Positions 38,071-51,261 of a stretch of DNA of 64,000 nucleotides are shown in pieces. The stretch comes from Lepidodermella squamata (lineage: Eukaryota; Animalia; Gastrotricha). Each line of letters begins with the position of its first letter. Position 1 is the first letter of the stretch. The stretch covers positions 620,001 to 684,000 of the forward strand of contig JBLDXI010000004.1 of the NCBI GenBank assembly GCA_047495785.1, in the 5' to 3' direction. Below the pieces are notes generated by a model that was not told the origin of the DNA, made no database searches, and saw only the letters and a program-made list of their open reading frames with translations. A program made the translations under genes and the position numbers.

Positions 38071-38661
38071 TTCCTACGCAAATCGCAGTTCAGAGCAACT
38101 TCATCGCTCACCTTTGAATGGCAATAGTCATAATCAAAGTGGCAGGTAGAGATGCCAATCTTGTACCCTTTCAATGAAATATTCAGTGAATCAACCCAAT
38201 CGACATCAAAAAACCCATCTTGCCAAATGCTCGGCGACATGCATGCAATTTGCTCGGATAAAGTGGTGGTGGAATCTTAGTGAAGATATCGTAGGTTGAA
38301 GCTCTCGGACGAAAACTAACCTACCAGTTATTCAACGACGCTGGCGAAATGCCCTCTATGACGTCCATGAATCAGGCTGTTGGCTATACCTTGATGTTCT
38401 AATCCAGATTTCTTTAGATCAATTCATTCTTGGATTCAGTTATTTGTTTCGAAATTTCGCAGCATTTCAGTAATCAGTCTGATGCGGACATGACTATCAT
38501 CTCATACAGGGTGTTCGCGTAGTAATACTCTGGCTATTTTTAGTAAAGAACAAAGTCCAAGATAAAAATAGGCTAACTAACGACGCAGCGTGGCGCGATT
38601 TTTTTTGTTCTGCAACGGCCTCAAAATCGGTCATTCAGTCGATTTTTATTTTCCTTTAAAG

Positions 38662-39227
38662 ATGCCCCGCTATCGACGGTATACAGCTGTTCAACGTGCT
38701 GAAATAATGGAATGGTACTTCACCAATAACAAAAATGCCCATGAAGTCGAGAGAATTTATAAAGCTACATATCCGGGCTCCACCATTTCACATCATACAA
38801 TTCTCTATCAGGTTAGCAAATTCCGTAGAACAGGTGATTTGAAAGATCACAAGCAGCCCGGTCGTGTTGTGATCTTTCAAATCACTCCTGAAAACGAAGA
38901 CATTGTTTTGAAATTCATCGAAACAAATCCAAAATATTCTTTGACGGATATGGCGCGTTCAATGCCTATTGGTAGAACCTCCACCACAAAATACTATCTT
39001 TGAATAACTTTCATCCTTACAAGCTAGTTTTCACTCAGGCTCTTCAAGCCGAAGACTATCAAAAGCGGCTAAATTGCGGCTAAATTCAACGGATATGTAA
39101 ACAAACGGATATGTAAACAAAACAAACAGGCTATCACACCTGCAATGTTGCGTAACGTGCGAAAGAATTGGATAAAAAGACTTCGGATGTGCAAGTCAGT
39201 GGAAACAATTTTGAGCAGTTCTTGTGA
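38662..39227 (+). pseudogene. Mariner-like transposase remnant (HTH N terminus and C terminus; catalytic core deleted)
   Basis: YTAVQRAEIMEWY...KFRRTGD...GR; FHPYKL...DYQKRL; ITPAMLRNVRKNWIKRLRMC. Confidence 0.85.
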
Positions 39228-39300
39228 GCTTTATTTGTTCAAAACCTTCATCATCAAAGCAATCATAACTCTTCGAAGAAATAAAAAACGAGGGAGATGT

Positions 39301-39712
39301 TCATTTTTCTTGTGCGAGTTGTTTTCTTAATTCTTTGATGCGCTGTTCCGATCGAATTTTGCGGTAAAGACGTTGGGCTTTCGAAACAACCTGTTCTTCA
39401 GTGCGACCCGGAAAACGCAACATGAACCATTTATCACGTTTCTCGTACCGCCGGAGACGGCCTATTGTAGGATATGCGTGGGCCTTGACACAAGCGTCAA
39501 CAAAAACGTTCAACTCGGTTGTTTCTTCGTCACCCCATGAATTGGTCGAGGAAATTACTACAATAATAAAGTGTTTCAGTTATTTTACGAAAAATTGTTA
39601 AAAAAACCTTACGAAGATCAGCTGCTTCTACGGGATCGTCAATAAGACCGGGTCCCGGGGGAACCATAAGGACAGGCTCAGGCTCAGCAGGTTGAGCTTT
39701 TTTAGGACCCAT
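39301..39712 (-). CDS. Myb/SANT-like protein, 118 aa (exons 39712-39613, 39557-39301)
   Basis: A 55-nt GTAAGG...TGTAG intron joins two ORFs in frame; SWGDEETTEL...FPGRTEEQVVSK resembles a Myb repeat. Confidence 0.72.
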
Positions 39713-40721
39713 GATTCCAGATCTTTATCTTCCAAAAATGTTCGAGGAACTGAATTAAATTTTCAGCAGTTTTGAGGGCTTAAATACATCCATCTGATCG
39801 GCAGATCGCACGGATCGCGCAGATCGATTGGGTCTTGCCAACGTTTTTTTCATTGATTTTTCCCTGTCACGTCGATGGCTTGACCTCATTAGTGATAACT
39901 TTTTTTTATTCTATTTTGGTCGGAGTATTACTACGCGAACACCCTGTATTTCTGTGGTCGCATTTCTGAAAATATTCTTGCAATAAAATCACCACCATCC
40001 TCCTACGAACGAGCGAACTGCGGCGCAACAAAGCCTACGATTCATTTTCCAAACAGTCATTGACAATGAATGGTTGATATGCCACCACGGTCCTATCGAT
40101 TATCGGCGCCTGGATTATTGATGAGGGAAGACGTGAAAGCTGGAAGTATTGGAATGGAAGTCATAACCACCTCCAGAATGTCCTGAAGCCATGGTCTCAT
40201 AATTAAATGAGGCCATGAAACAATCTTTTGTAGCCAATAGCCAATAACTAAAATCCCCGGAATAGGCCTGAAGTCGAATACATACAGTGCTCCCTCGATA
40301 ACTGCACCCTAGATTATTGCAATTCCCTAGCAAACTGCCAGCCAAAAACCGGTCCCGCATTTTAAATTTATTTCAAAATTTATTTTATAATTAAAAATAA
40401 TTACAGTCGCAGGTTACACAAGGTTACAGCTGTGCATTGAAGCGAGACGGTGGAACAATTTATAGGTTTATTTTCATTTGAAGCAACAAGAAAACATTTG
40501 TAATTACTTCTCACCTTAAATTGTCGATGGGAAGGCATCCTAGCTTACTTCATGCTCACTTTACTCTTATTGGGCCTGATCCCAAAAGTACCGCCAAAGA
40601 ACCACCAATCCTCTGTAAATGTAATTACTGCCCATTTCATTCAAGTTAAGAATTATAATTTGAGAAAATTAACAAACTTGGACTACCCTAAAATTGGGCC
40701 GAGAAAATAAAATCCAATATA

Positions 40722-41662
40722 CCGTCAGTTGGGGCTATCCGGACGGCGAAAAAAAATTACCCCCTGATTTTTTTGCATTTTTACACGTTTCAGAAGGTCC
40801 TGATTCCAATGGAACCAGGATTCCGAATAGCCCCACGGATGGGGCTATTCGGACAGGTGTGGGGCTATTAATGATACATAAATATTCAATTCAAATGTTA
40901 CTAATATGCTGTGTTCAGTGGTCGAGTGGCTTGGGATGTGCTTCTAGAAAGCATAGCAAGTACGAAAGCAGGGTTCGAGTCCACGCCGCGGAGCAATTTT
41001 TTTCCGCAAAATTTTTTTATTATTATTTTTGATGCCCAAGAATTTGATTAAACTAAAACACTGATTTTTAGTTGAATTATTTGTCAATTATAGTCGTAAT
41101 TAATTAATTGGCACTGTCGTATGACACCAGTAAATTCGTCTTCTGCAGCCTTTCCAGCTCATTCAAAAATTATAATGGAAATGAAGTTAAAGTCCGCATT
41201 AATCAGTAAGAAACTTGTGAAGAACGCAGTTCATTAGCATATTCAAATGGCAGACCGAATAGCCCCACAACATCATTTTTTCGTGGGGCTAAAAGGACGC
41301 AATTAATTAGACAAAAGTACGAGTCGGATCGGGGCGTTTTTAATTTTCATGGGTGCCCTAGCGTCTGTAGATTCAGGAAAAATTGGGCGCAGGTCCAGCA
41401 AAATTCTCTTCGGGTCCAGGTAATTCAACGCAGAACAGTGCTTAAACTGAGTCAAACTTACACCTGAAAGGTAAGGCCATATCTTTACAACCACTTACTC
41501 TCAGGCCATGAAATTTTTATAGCATATGGGTCATCTTTCCACCTAACTCCGTGCAAAATTTCACTGCTAACGGCCGGGTAGTTTTTGAGCCATGCTCATT
41601 CTCCCGTTTTCATGAACATTCGTCCGAATAGCCCCACTGACCCAGATTACCCCAAGTGACGG
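40722..41662. mobile_element. pogo-like non-autonomous element (TA TSD)
   Basis: TA-CCGTCAGTTGGGG...CCCCAAGTGACGG-TA; repeated CCGAATAGCCCC motif. Confidence 0.82.
40908..41003 (+). ncRNA. tRNA-like Pol III unit (degenerate, Leu(TAG)-like) inside the DNA element
   Basis: A box TGGTCGAGTGG, stem-loop GTGCT-TCTAGAA-AGCAT, long variable region, B box GGTTCGAGTCC, T7 run. Confidence 0.5.
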
Positions 41663-42401
41663 TATGGCAGTAAATTTTGAGCGTAAATTGCGTGGGAATG
41701 AAATTTTGAAAATAGGCAGAATTTGTATTTTCCGTATTTTATTATAGCAATTAATTCTTCATTTTTTCAAGTCGTCAAATAAACGAAAATTTTCATCAAT
41801 AATTCAAATTTTCTCATTTTTCGCCGCAATTTTTCTTGGGCCAAATAGGCAGGATTTCCTACATCTAATAAGCAATTAATTTTTGTTAAGTAGCTAATAT
41901 TATGAAAATTTAGTTTTTCAATCTAAAAATTCGCAAAAATGTGGTACATGCCTGCCATTGGCTTTCGCCGAATGTTTATAAAGGCAAAGCAATTTTTTTT
42001 AAATTGTTGAGAAATTGAAAAGCTTGAAATACTTAAAAAATTCATCGAAATTCATTTTGAGATTTGACGAAGTTGAATAAAATAATTGTTTGCTTATTTC
42101 AAAACGACACCTTAATAATTGGCAAATTGGGTCATTATTGACGTTCCACAGCTTGCCAACCGAATCGATATCAACCAGAGAGCAGATGGGTTGTCTTTCG
42201 CGTTAGCCAACCAGTGTCAAGCGCCACCTGTCCCACGAAGAACCGCCTACCAAATTACGCCTCTTGTCACAAGTTTCGTACAACAAAAAGAGGTGGACAA
42301 GCAGTTCGTTCGAGGTATGGTCTCTGCGAGGCTGCCTTTCAGAATTGTTGAAGATTAAGAATTTCGCAAGTTGGCCGAAATGATGGGGTACTGCCTGCCT
42401 T

Positions 42402-45400
42402 CCCGGACAAAAAAGTGTGAGTAAATTAACATTGTAAATTCCTGTATTCTTGTGTAAATTGCAGTTTATTTTGGTATTTTCATGTAAGCAGATCAGGAAC
42501 CAGCTCAGCGATCCGGAATTAAGCGTTGTAAAACAGGGTTTGTCCATTTTCGGCTGAGGAAACTCATGGAAATTCGTGTAATCCCTGAAATTCGGTCATG
42601 TAAACTCATGGATTTCCGTCCTTCAGTTATTTCTTCGATGTATTTCAATGGAAGCTGAACGATTTTTCGACTGGAATATCTTCACATGATTTTACATCCG
42701 GAAAAAGACGTTGTATTCTCATGTAGGAAGATCGATTGAACAAAAAATAAATAAATTTTGGAAATTCAGCCGATAATACCCTCATTTTACTGCTCGAATT
42801 TTCAAGTCCGAGCCGCAATTGACTTTACATGAAATTACACGATCGGAAATTTCATGGAATTGCATAGAAATTTCTGCTCTTTCTATTTCGGGAGAAACCG
42901 AGGGGTTACACGAAAATACACGGAGTTTAAATGATGTATACTGGCAATTTTTTGCTCAATAAACCACCGTGTAAATTCATGTAGACAGATTTTATAATAA
43001 AGAATCGAGAAATAATGAAATTGTTGATTAAAATTTAGGTATTTTTCGCAAAAAACGAAGTTACGTGATTTCAGTCTTAATGATGCAAAAATGTTGGAAA
43101 AAATCGGCGAGGTTGAATTGTAGCGGATGTTTTATTTACGCCAAACGGTGAGATCGTGAAAATGACGCAGTTTGGAATTGAGCGCGAAAATTCGAAACAA
43201 ACGTTCTTTCGCGTGAAGCCTTTGCTTCAGGAATTCAGAAATATTTGAAAATGCTTTCCTTCCAAGTTTTAGCTTATTTTTGTACAGAATCGTGCAAATT
43301 TCGCTGTGTTTGCTTTATTTTCGCGTGCTTCATTTCGAATTTTTTGGGATTTTTAGAAATTTCAGAAATTTATCAAAATTTCAAAATTCAGAGGAAAATT
43401 CAGGAATTGAATTTGGGTCCTCCTGTTAGCGGAACCAAATTTTGGACTTTTCTAGTGGCCTGAAATCGCTTTTCGGATATTTATTTCATGTCAAGATTGG
43501 CCACAATAATTTGTTAAATATTCATCCACTGCGAATTTTTTATATGTCATGGAATTGATTTGTCTGAGCTATTTTTCGCCATTTTAAAGCGGTGTCTTTG
43601 GTGACCGATAATTGCTTTCAAATGTACCAAAAATCATCTTTATGGGTGTAAATTAATTGCTGAAATTATATATATTTATTTCAAGCCATCGCGCTTCATC
43701 CAAATCTCGAAGTAGGTTGCGCATTTAGTGATCAACAAGATCCCTCAAGGTCGACTAAAATTTAAAATTAAAATAGAAATTTCAGAAGATTAAAAACAGC
43801 TCAACATTATTTTCTTATTACGCAACAGTTAAGTTTAGCAATGATGTACTTTATGCCAAAACTTGGGACTAAATTAGAGATAAATTTGGAGAAAAATAAA
43901 CCGGAAAATTCAGAGAAAATAAATTTCGAAAAAAGGAATGTTTAGAAGTAATGTATGCTTTTTGGGAAATATTTAGCTATACATATTTGTGCGAACATAT
44001 TTTTGGTGTAAAAATATCATAGGAAGAATGAAAAATGCCAAAGAATGCCACGTTTCTCCAACTTTGAAGGCGCATAGATTCGAGTTCTAAAAATGAAGGT
44101 GCACGTGACCAAGCCGGCATTTCAAGCCTAATTGTAAATATCGAAATTGAAACTCGATACTCAAACGCTTTGCCAATGGATAAATTTTCGAGAAAAAAAT
44201 TCTTTAATTTTTCGTTATAATTTAATAGCATTGAAGACGTAGCGTTTCGATAAGATTCTACTTGCACGCAGAAAATGTACAAGCCGCTGAATAATTTATA
44301 CGTCATGGAAAGGTTCCCTTGAAAATGATAAATGAGAAGGATCGATAATGTGAAAAAATTGAATTAAAAACAATTTTAAATAAAGCGTGGCCTTGTGTTA
44401 CGTGTCATCTGGCACGTGAGGCTTAGGACAAACTTAGCGGAATGAGGGCCACACAGTCATTCGCTATTTGTTCGTCGTTTGAAATCAGGTCAATTTTTTA
44501 TTACATGCTGCTCGATGTTTCATTGAACAAACTGGCCGGCCTCGTTTCGATTCCGAGGTGCCAAGTCAAAGGTGAACAGGTAAAGCAATTTATTCTCGAG
44601 ATTCTTTTACTGCCCGCTATGGTCGTTGTTTATATTGGCCGCGCCAGATCAAGCCCTTTCGCCTATTCGATATTCAATCTCACGGGAACATTTCCGCGTG
44701 TATTCCAGCTTGTCGATGCCAATTTAATTATTCTACCTAGTAAGTGATAATTTCGCCAGGTAAATGACTAAAACTAAATACAACGTAGATAGTAGGTAGA
44801 AGTCGTATGGAATTTAAAAAGCCCATCCATGTAATTAGCAGTTTATTTTGGACACCTTTTTGCCTCGATTTTTAAAATTTGCCATCGCCATCGTAGCTGC
44901 TTAGGCCTTAAATATTTCTGAAGTTTTACCCCGGTATTATTTTTCAGGATTTTTAATTTATAAAACTTGAAATTATGAGGATACATAGGGTGTAGTGATC
45001 GAAGCTTTTTTAGTTAAGGAAATCTCATCGCCGCTAAATTATGCTTATCGTTAAAATTAATTAAATTTTAAGAATAGAGATGATTAAAGAATTAAAGAGA
45101 ATTTTATCCCAGACTTTTAAAGCCATTCCAATTTTTGCGTTGCCTGCTACACAGTTATATGCAATATACCATTTAACTGGACAATTTCTGAAGAATTATG
45201 AATTATTTGCTGAGTTGTGATAACATGAAGCTACGACCAAAATTATTTTTGTGTTTAAGGATGAGAAACTAATTTTTAAGGAGTAAAATAGACTGGATGA
45301 CTACACACATAATGTTGTTAGAAGTCGTTAGTTTGAGACGACATTGGGAAAGGTGAGGCATTAATTTCAATGGCTTTGCCCCACGCCTATGCAGCAAAGC

Positions 45401-47469
45401 ATGCAAAAATATATAAAAAATTGCTTACAATTTAAAGGTTAAATGACTTCCCAAAATTCCCAAAAAATTTATTTTCAAAATTAAAAAAAAATCCCTTTTA
45501 GAATTTGGATTTGAAAGTAAAAAAGCATTTGGGTTCCGCATGTTAAAAGCTCTTTTCCGAATTTTTCCAATAATATCTGATTTTGTCCAGCGAAATTCGA
45601 CATTTGTTCAACCATAATTCATTTTCAAGTTTTTCAATTAAAAAAATGGAAACCTGCATAATAATTAAATATTAACTAAAAATATCATTTAATAGTGGTT
45701 TTGTCTCATTTTTTAATAAATAAATTATTATCATATTTTTATGGCAAAAATCTGAAAAACTGATTTTTTGTTTCCATAATTTAATTTTGACTTTGAATCC
45801 CTATAGATTGTCAGCAATGGCTCATGACTTCTCGAATTTCCTGAAATTTGGTGAGTTGCAAACCACCATGAATTTATTTGATCATTAAGTTTTCACTTTG
45901 TCCGCATTTCATGTCCTCGAACGACTGCACTATGGACGGTGGACGGTTTCGTTGTTGAACAAAACCGAAAACAAACCGCAATGAAGGTTAGAAGTCTCTG
46001 ACAATTTTAGAGACAATTTTTCATCCAAAAAATGAATGAATATAACCATTTTCAGGCAATCTTTAAGTTTGTGCTCACTTACATCAAGCTGGTTCAGCCT
46101 GTGGACACGACCCTCGGCGATTTGAAACCGGTTGAAAAGGCGAGTTAATTAATCAATTTTAGCATGCAAATTTAGTATATCTGATGAACAAACTTTGCTG
46201 ATAATTTTCCCTTAACTCAATTTTTAAAGTAAAATTAGGTTAAGAAAAATTCCCAGAAAAAATGTTTCATGAGCTGATTCCTGTAAATAATCGATTATCG
46301 GTCGCGAGTAGAATTTCGACAAGCTGGTAAAATGAGCAAAGCCTGCCTTCGAATAATTTTAGGTTATTTCGGCGTTTTACCCAAAATTAAACAACAATTT
46401 AAATGATTTCATCTGAATTCTGTTGCTTGTGGCTTGAGGAATCATTTTGGCGCATATTTTCATTCCATATTCAGTTTAATTGCGAAACTGTTGATTTTCA
46501 GGGATTTTGCACAAGATCGGCAAGATCGAAGTAAATGTCCTGATGCTGCTGCTGATTTTGAAATTCAGGTGATCAAACGTTGATGTCACGCTGTTACTTC
46601 GACTACATTTTCGGTTACTTTCAGTTGAATCCTGTTGCTGAAGCTGTTCACGTTAGGCTGAATTCCTGGCTGTTCGTCATGGGTCATTGGTCACATTTTA
46701 GCGCAAAAGATGCGCCAAGGAACAGACAATAAAATAACGATTTTTCTCGATTTTATTGCTTTTCGCGAAATCTGTGAAATTTGATAATTTCATGAAAAAT
46801 GCCGTTGATGTGAAAATCGTCATTTCTGTGGAAATTGCAATTTTCTCTTTGCTGTTTTCATGCTGCCATTTTTGCGTTTATCCCACCAGTTTTCACGATT
46901 TTTCTCCCATTTTTTCGAATTCTGTGTGAAAATGTGTTTTCCTATACGTTTTGCTGTGCCTGTGGTTACACGGAATTACACGATGTTCCTCGACTTTTTG
47001 TGCCATTTTCGCGCAGTCTGTGTGAAAAATGCTATATTTTTGAGCCATCTCTCTGCGCTTCCACGGAATTACACGGAGTTGTGAGTCTGGTTGATTTCGC
47101 CGGAAACGCTGGAAAAACTTGTCTTGACTTGCTTTTCTCGGCTGAATCTTCTTACATGAGTTTACAACGGCGAAATGTCGTTGGAAACTTAAGTTTGACG
47201 ATTCAGCTGGGAGAAGCAAGTCAAGACAAGTTTTTCCAGCGTTTCCGGCGAAATCAACCAGACTCACAACTCCGTGTAATTCCGTGGAAGCGCAGGGCGA
47301 ACGGCGGCCAATTATGGTCTAAATGTAAATTCGTGTGAGCTGAATCAATAAAATGATCATGTAAATTCATAGGAGTCGTTACCATTTCTACCTGATTTTA
47401 CAGCAAAATACACGGACGTGTTTTCACCCCATTTACACGAGTTTACAACATGAAACTTTTTAGTCCGGG
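42402..47469. mobile_element. CMC/EnSpm-like non-autonomous element (2-bp TT TSD)
   Basis: CCCGGAC(A/T)AAAAAGT TIRs; excision restores the hAT reading frame; AT-rich interior; TTACACG-type subterminal repeats. Confidence 0.85.
47053..47295. repeat. 82-bp perfect inverted repeat
   Basis: 47053-47134 is the reverse complement of 47214-47295. Confidence 0.9.
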
Positions 47470-49059
47470 TTGTCGCGTTACTGTCACCGAATTATTGAAC
47501 GTCGTCTATGAAGAGGACAAAGCTGGTGCCGACAAGGCTTTGAAAGGAGACTATGGAACGATTATGTAGGATGGCTGGAGCACAGGTTCCAATGGAATAG
47601 TCCCAGCGGCATATTCCGGCTCGTCTTGTCGCTACATTCGATCAGATCCGATCGCGATTACTGAGGAGCCTCGGCAGAAATTTGTCTGGGTTTTCTCGAG
47701 ACTGCATTGGCCGAAGTTGAACAGTTGAAGGCGAACGTTGTTGCATTTGTAAGTGATAGCGAAGCTAAAACGAAAAAATTCCGCGAGCTATTAAAACAAA
47801 AGCGGCCAGATTTAGCTGTTTTCGGCTGCTCGATACACGCAATGGATTTGGAGCTGGAGGAAATGAGAAGTTTTTTTCCGGGTCTGCTGGCTGAAATAAA
47901 AAGCTGCCAGTTAATTTTTCGCACACATCGCCTTTCTTCTCGCCTCAAGAAAATTCCCGGTGCACTGGCAGCAAAATTTCCGCCTGCAACTCGCTTGCAC
48001 TTTTGGGTTGATGTCGTCCAGAATTGGAAGCATCATCGCCTGTTTTATCTGCAAGTTCTTCAATCAAAGCCTGAATTGAGCAATTAATTCGCGCCTGAGT
48101 TGAAAGTTCAACAAGATCCCATTATCCTTTCACGAGCTGAAGAATTACTGATGGTGCCGATTCCTGCTGTACTTTTGCGGTACATTAAGCGGCACTTTTA
48201 CGGTACTTTTACGGTACAAATCCCGAAATGAAAAAACTCAGCCGAAGTTGGGGTTGTACACTGGGAAATTGTTAAAATTTTTGAAACGGTCCGACAACTC
48301 TGACAGTCCGCACGATTCTTCACAAGATATCAGCGATTCGAGTCCCAAAAACGCGCCGCTCGCGCAAAAATCATGTCTTGAAAGTCGCATTTATGGGCTT
48401 CTATGACTGTCTTGGCTATATATAATACTGATATAATTGATCAACACGGCCTGCAATAAAATTGTTTTGCTACATACCATGAAAGTACTTGGCCCAAATT
48501 TTTTACCCCATTTTTGTTGCGCATTTTCTTGCGGTACGTCTGCGGTACCGAAATGCCGAAAAAGTACCGAAATAATCGTACTATGACCAGTAATAGTTCA
48601 AAGTAATTTATTCAATTATTTAATTTTAATTTTAAAATTTTAAAATTTTAAAATGGTGCGAATCTGTGAAGATCGATTGAAATCGCGTGCGTGATAGTAG
48701 ATTACGAATGGAGTAAGCTTCAAGCCTATAACTAATAACAAAAAATGGCCACACACACTCAATTATCGATGACATTTTAGTAAACAGCGCTGCGGGTTCG
48801 AAGCTTCTTTCACTAAACAATCTTGATTAGACATTTTCACGAGGGATAATACAGCCTAAAAATCGGGATCATCTGCTCGAATGTTTAATAAATGAGGAAG
48901 CACCGGTCAGACAATGCAATGTTTGCGAAATTTGAAATGTTTGAAAAAGATCAACACCGCTTTAATAATTTCCATCATTTTTTCCTTTTAAATTATGTGG
49001 AATCGTTTGGTAGTTTTTCTTCCACGTTCAAAATATGGCTGAGTCGCATAACCCATAAT

Positions 49060-49460
49060 CATAGAGAAAAAAATGACCAGAGTAAGCACTCAAGCTAAAA
49101 TTTCTGAATCGTAATTGTTATTCAAAGTTGACTTTCTCAAAATCATTTTCCACTAAATTTTGCATGCCCATAGAACGCGAGCTGCTCTTTCACGTGGTAT
49201 AAGATTTGAGGTGGGCAACCCAACCGTTGTTAAGATGCAGAAACCTCGTTTTTACTATGGTTTCATCTATTTTCATGAGATCAAGACTGAGCAGCAATAG
49301 CCCACCACAAATCTTATACCACGTGAAAGAGCAGCTCGCGTTCTACAGGCATGCAAAATTTGGTGAAAAACGGTGATATCCGTTTTGAGAAAGCACTTCT
49401 ATAATAATGCAGATCAAAATTTTAGCTTGAGTGCTTACTCTGGTCATTTTTTTCTCTATG
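49060..49460. mobile_element. P-like foldback MITE (8-bp TSD CCCATAAT)
   Basis: CATAGAGAAAAAAATGACCAGAG... inverted at both ends; long imperfect arms. Confidence 0.92.
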
Positions 49461-51261
49461 CCCATAATTTAATTTTGCGTGGCGAATCATTTTGACCGCA
49501 TGGAATAAAAGAGCCGATAATCTGGGTCTAAAGTAGCTTCTTGAAATAAACATTTCAGGCTATACTCATTATCGCAATGATTATAAGGCATTCACAGCTT
49601 GTCCCGACAGTTATTCTTTTCGCAGCTTTCGTAGGCAATTCAATTTTTTTACTTAAACCTACTGGTAGAATCTTCCGTTTTATCCGCAGTTATACTAAAG
49701 AAATCCCAGAAAACTCAGATGGTAAGGGGCTGAGAAATTTGCTGTGCTTATCTGCGCGGCAATAAAAACATTAAACAATATTAAAGTTTTTGAGCGTATG
49801 GCTAACCAAGAAAAACATCGTCGCCGTAGTAACTAAGAAAAAATAGCCCTTTATTCGCCCTTGATAACTGCTTCCCGGGATAACTACACGGCCTCCAGCC
49901 CCGCCCTCATGCAGTTATCGAGGGAGTAGATCTTCAAAGATTAATGGTCATACACTCCGTATCCATGAGGGCTCTTCCTGATGTAAGCATTTTTTGAACT
50001 TGAATTTCCAAGCGTAAATGGCTTGTTATCCCTGGTACTGAGAATCTGACTAACTTCCTGATTGCTGAGAAACACTCACTCGACACTTGATCACGAATTA
50101 AAGGTACACGCACTCAGAGATCTAATTACAAGTCCCATTAAAATATAGAGCCTACTTTTGCGAAGATGATAATACTTCATCATCATCATCATTTGGTTTT
50201 ATTTATCGTCGTTTTGCGTTATTGCTGAGGCATACAAATAAAGTTTAACGACAGCGAGAGCGAGTAGTCAAGTAGAAGGGAGCAAGTGGTCGAGCGGTCC
50301 AAGCACCTCACTGGCGGCGAAGAACTGTAGGACGCCATTCACCGGCAATAACATCGATAAGCAATAATCGATAACCGCTACGAGATACAGGCTGTACGAT
50401 TACAAATTCGAAATCTACGAGACAGTTCACCCTAGAAACGCCATTTGGGCCCGCGGCATCTCTAGAGCTTATCACTTTCAGCCAACGACACAGCAATACT
50501 GTTTTCGATAGGCTGGGACAGGTTTCTGGCCACCAAGGCCGCGGCGAGAACTATAGGGATCACTAATGCAATAGTGCACACGTATGACTGTGAAAACATG
50601 CGAACCTAGAATGGCCTTATATGAAGACCGCCTGTCTCGAAATCACTAGGCTAGAATAATTAAATTTCCCTGTCTTCATCGACAAAATTATCACGAGAAT
50701 AACTAACATATCTAGCACTAAAACGAACGTTCTCATTCTCCAACTGGGCAAAATATGTGCAGGTATCTGATTAGGTTAACACTAGGCCTATTCCTCAAAT
50801 TTAAATGAAAGCTAGTTAATTTCCTTTCTAATTAGTTAAAATCTGGCACTTTGGAAATGTAGCGAATTTGTCGAAAATGGGAGTGTCCATTGTAGGCGGT
50901 GCTTGCAGGGTCGAAGTCCATTTTTATTTAATGCGTCGATGGTGCGGTGGTGAGGTGGTGAAGTTAGTTGTGGTAGTAGTTTTTGCAAATATTTTTCATT
51001 CAGCTCCATCTCTTAATTAATCAGCAAAAAAGTAACCGACCCCTCGACCGCACCACATAGCAAGCGAAGAAAAAACACAGGGATTCATCATTGAGGTCAC
51101 TATGAAAAACAACACCTACAATGCCCTAATTACTCATGATTTCTCCTCCTGATTTCCACCATGGAAAGGCTGAACCAGCGTGCGACTGTCAGGGGCCAGT
51201 CATTAAAACAATGAGAATTTATCCCACTGTTTTGGTAATTTTGAGGGTTTCGGAGCGTGTT

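Larger units (their letters stand above)
38507..39946. mobile_element. Tc1/mariner element (maT/rosa-like), internally deleted, carrying a second gene
   Basis: TA-CAGGGTGTTCGCGTAGTAATACTC...GAGTATTACTACGCGAACACCCTG-TA. Confidence 0.93.
42245..48140 (+). pseudogene. hAT transposase relic split by a 5-kb insertion
   Basis: LPFRIVED...YCLP|CRVTVTELLNVVYE...DGWS, FVSDS, CSIH and PPATR motifs; in-frame stops. Confidence 0.88.

Noticed and set aside
49577-49765. Short ORF with a hydrophobic N terminus as another family member
   Set aside because: Lacks the helix and cysteine motifs.
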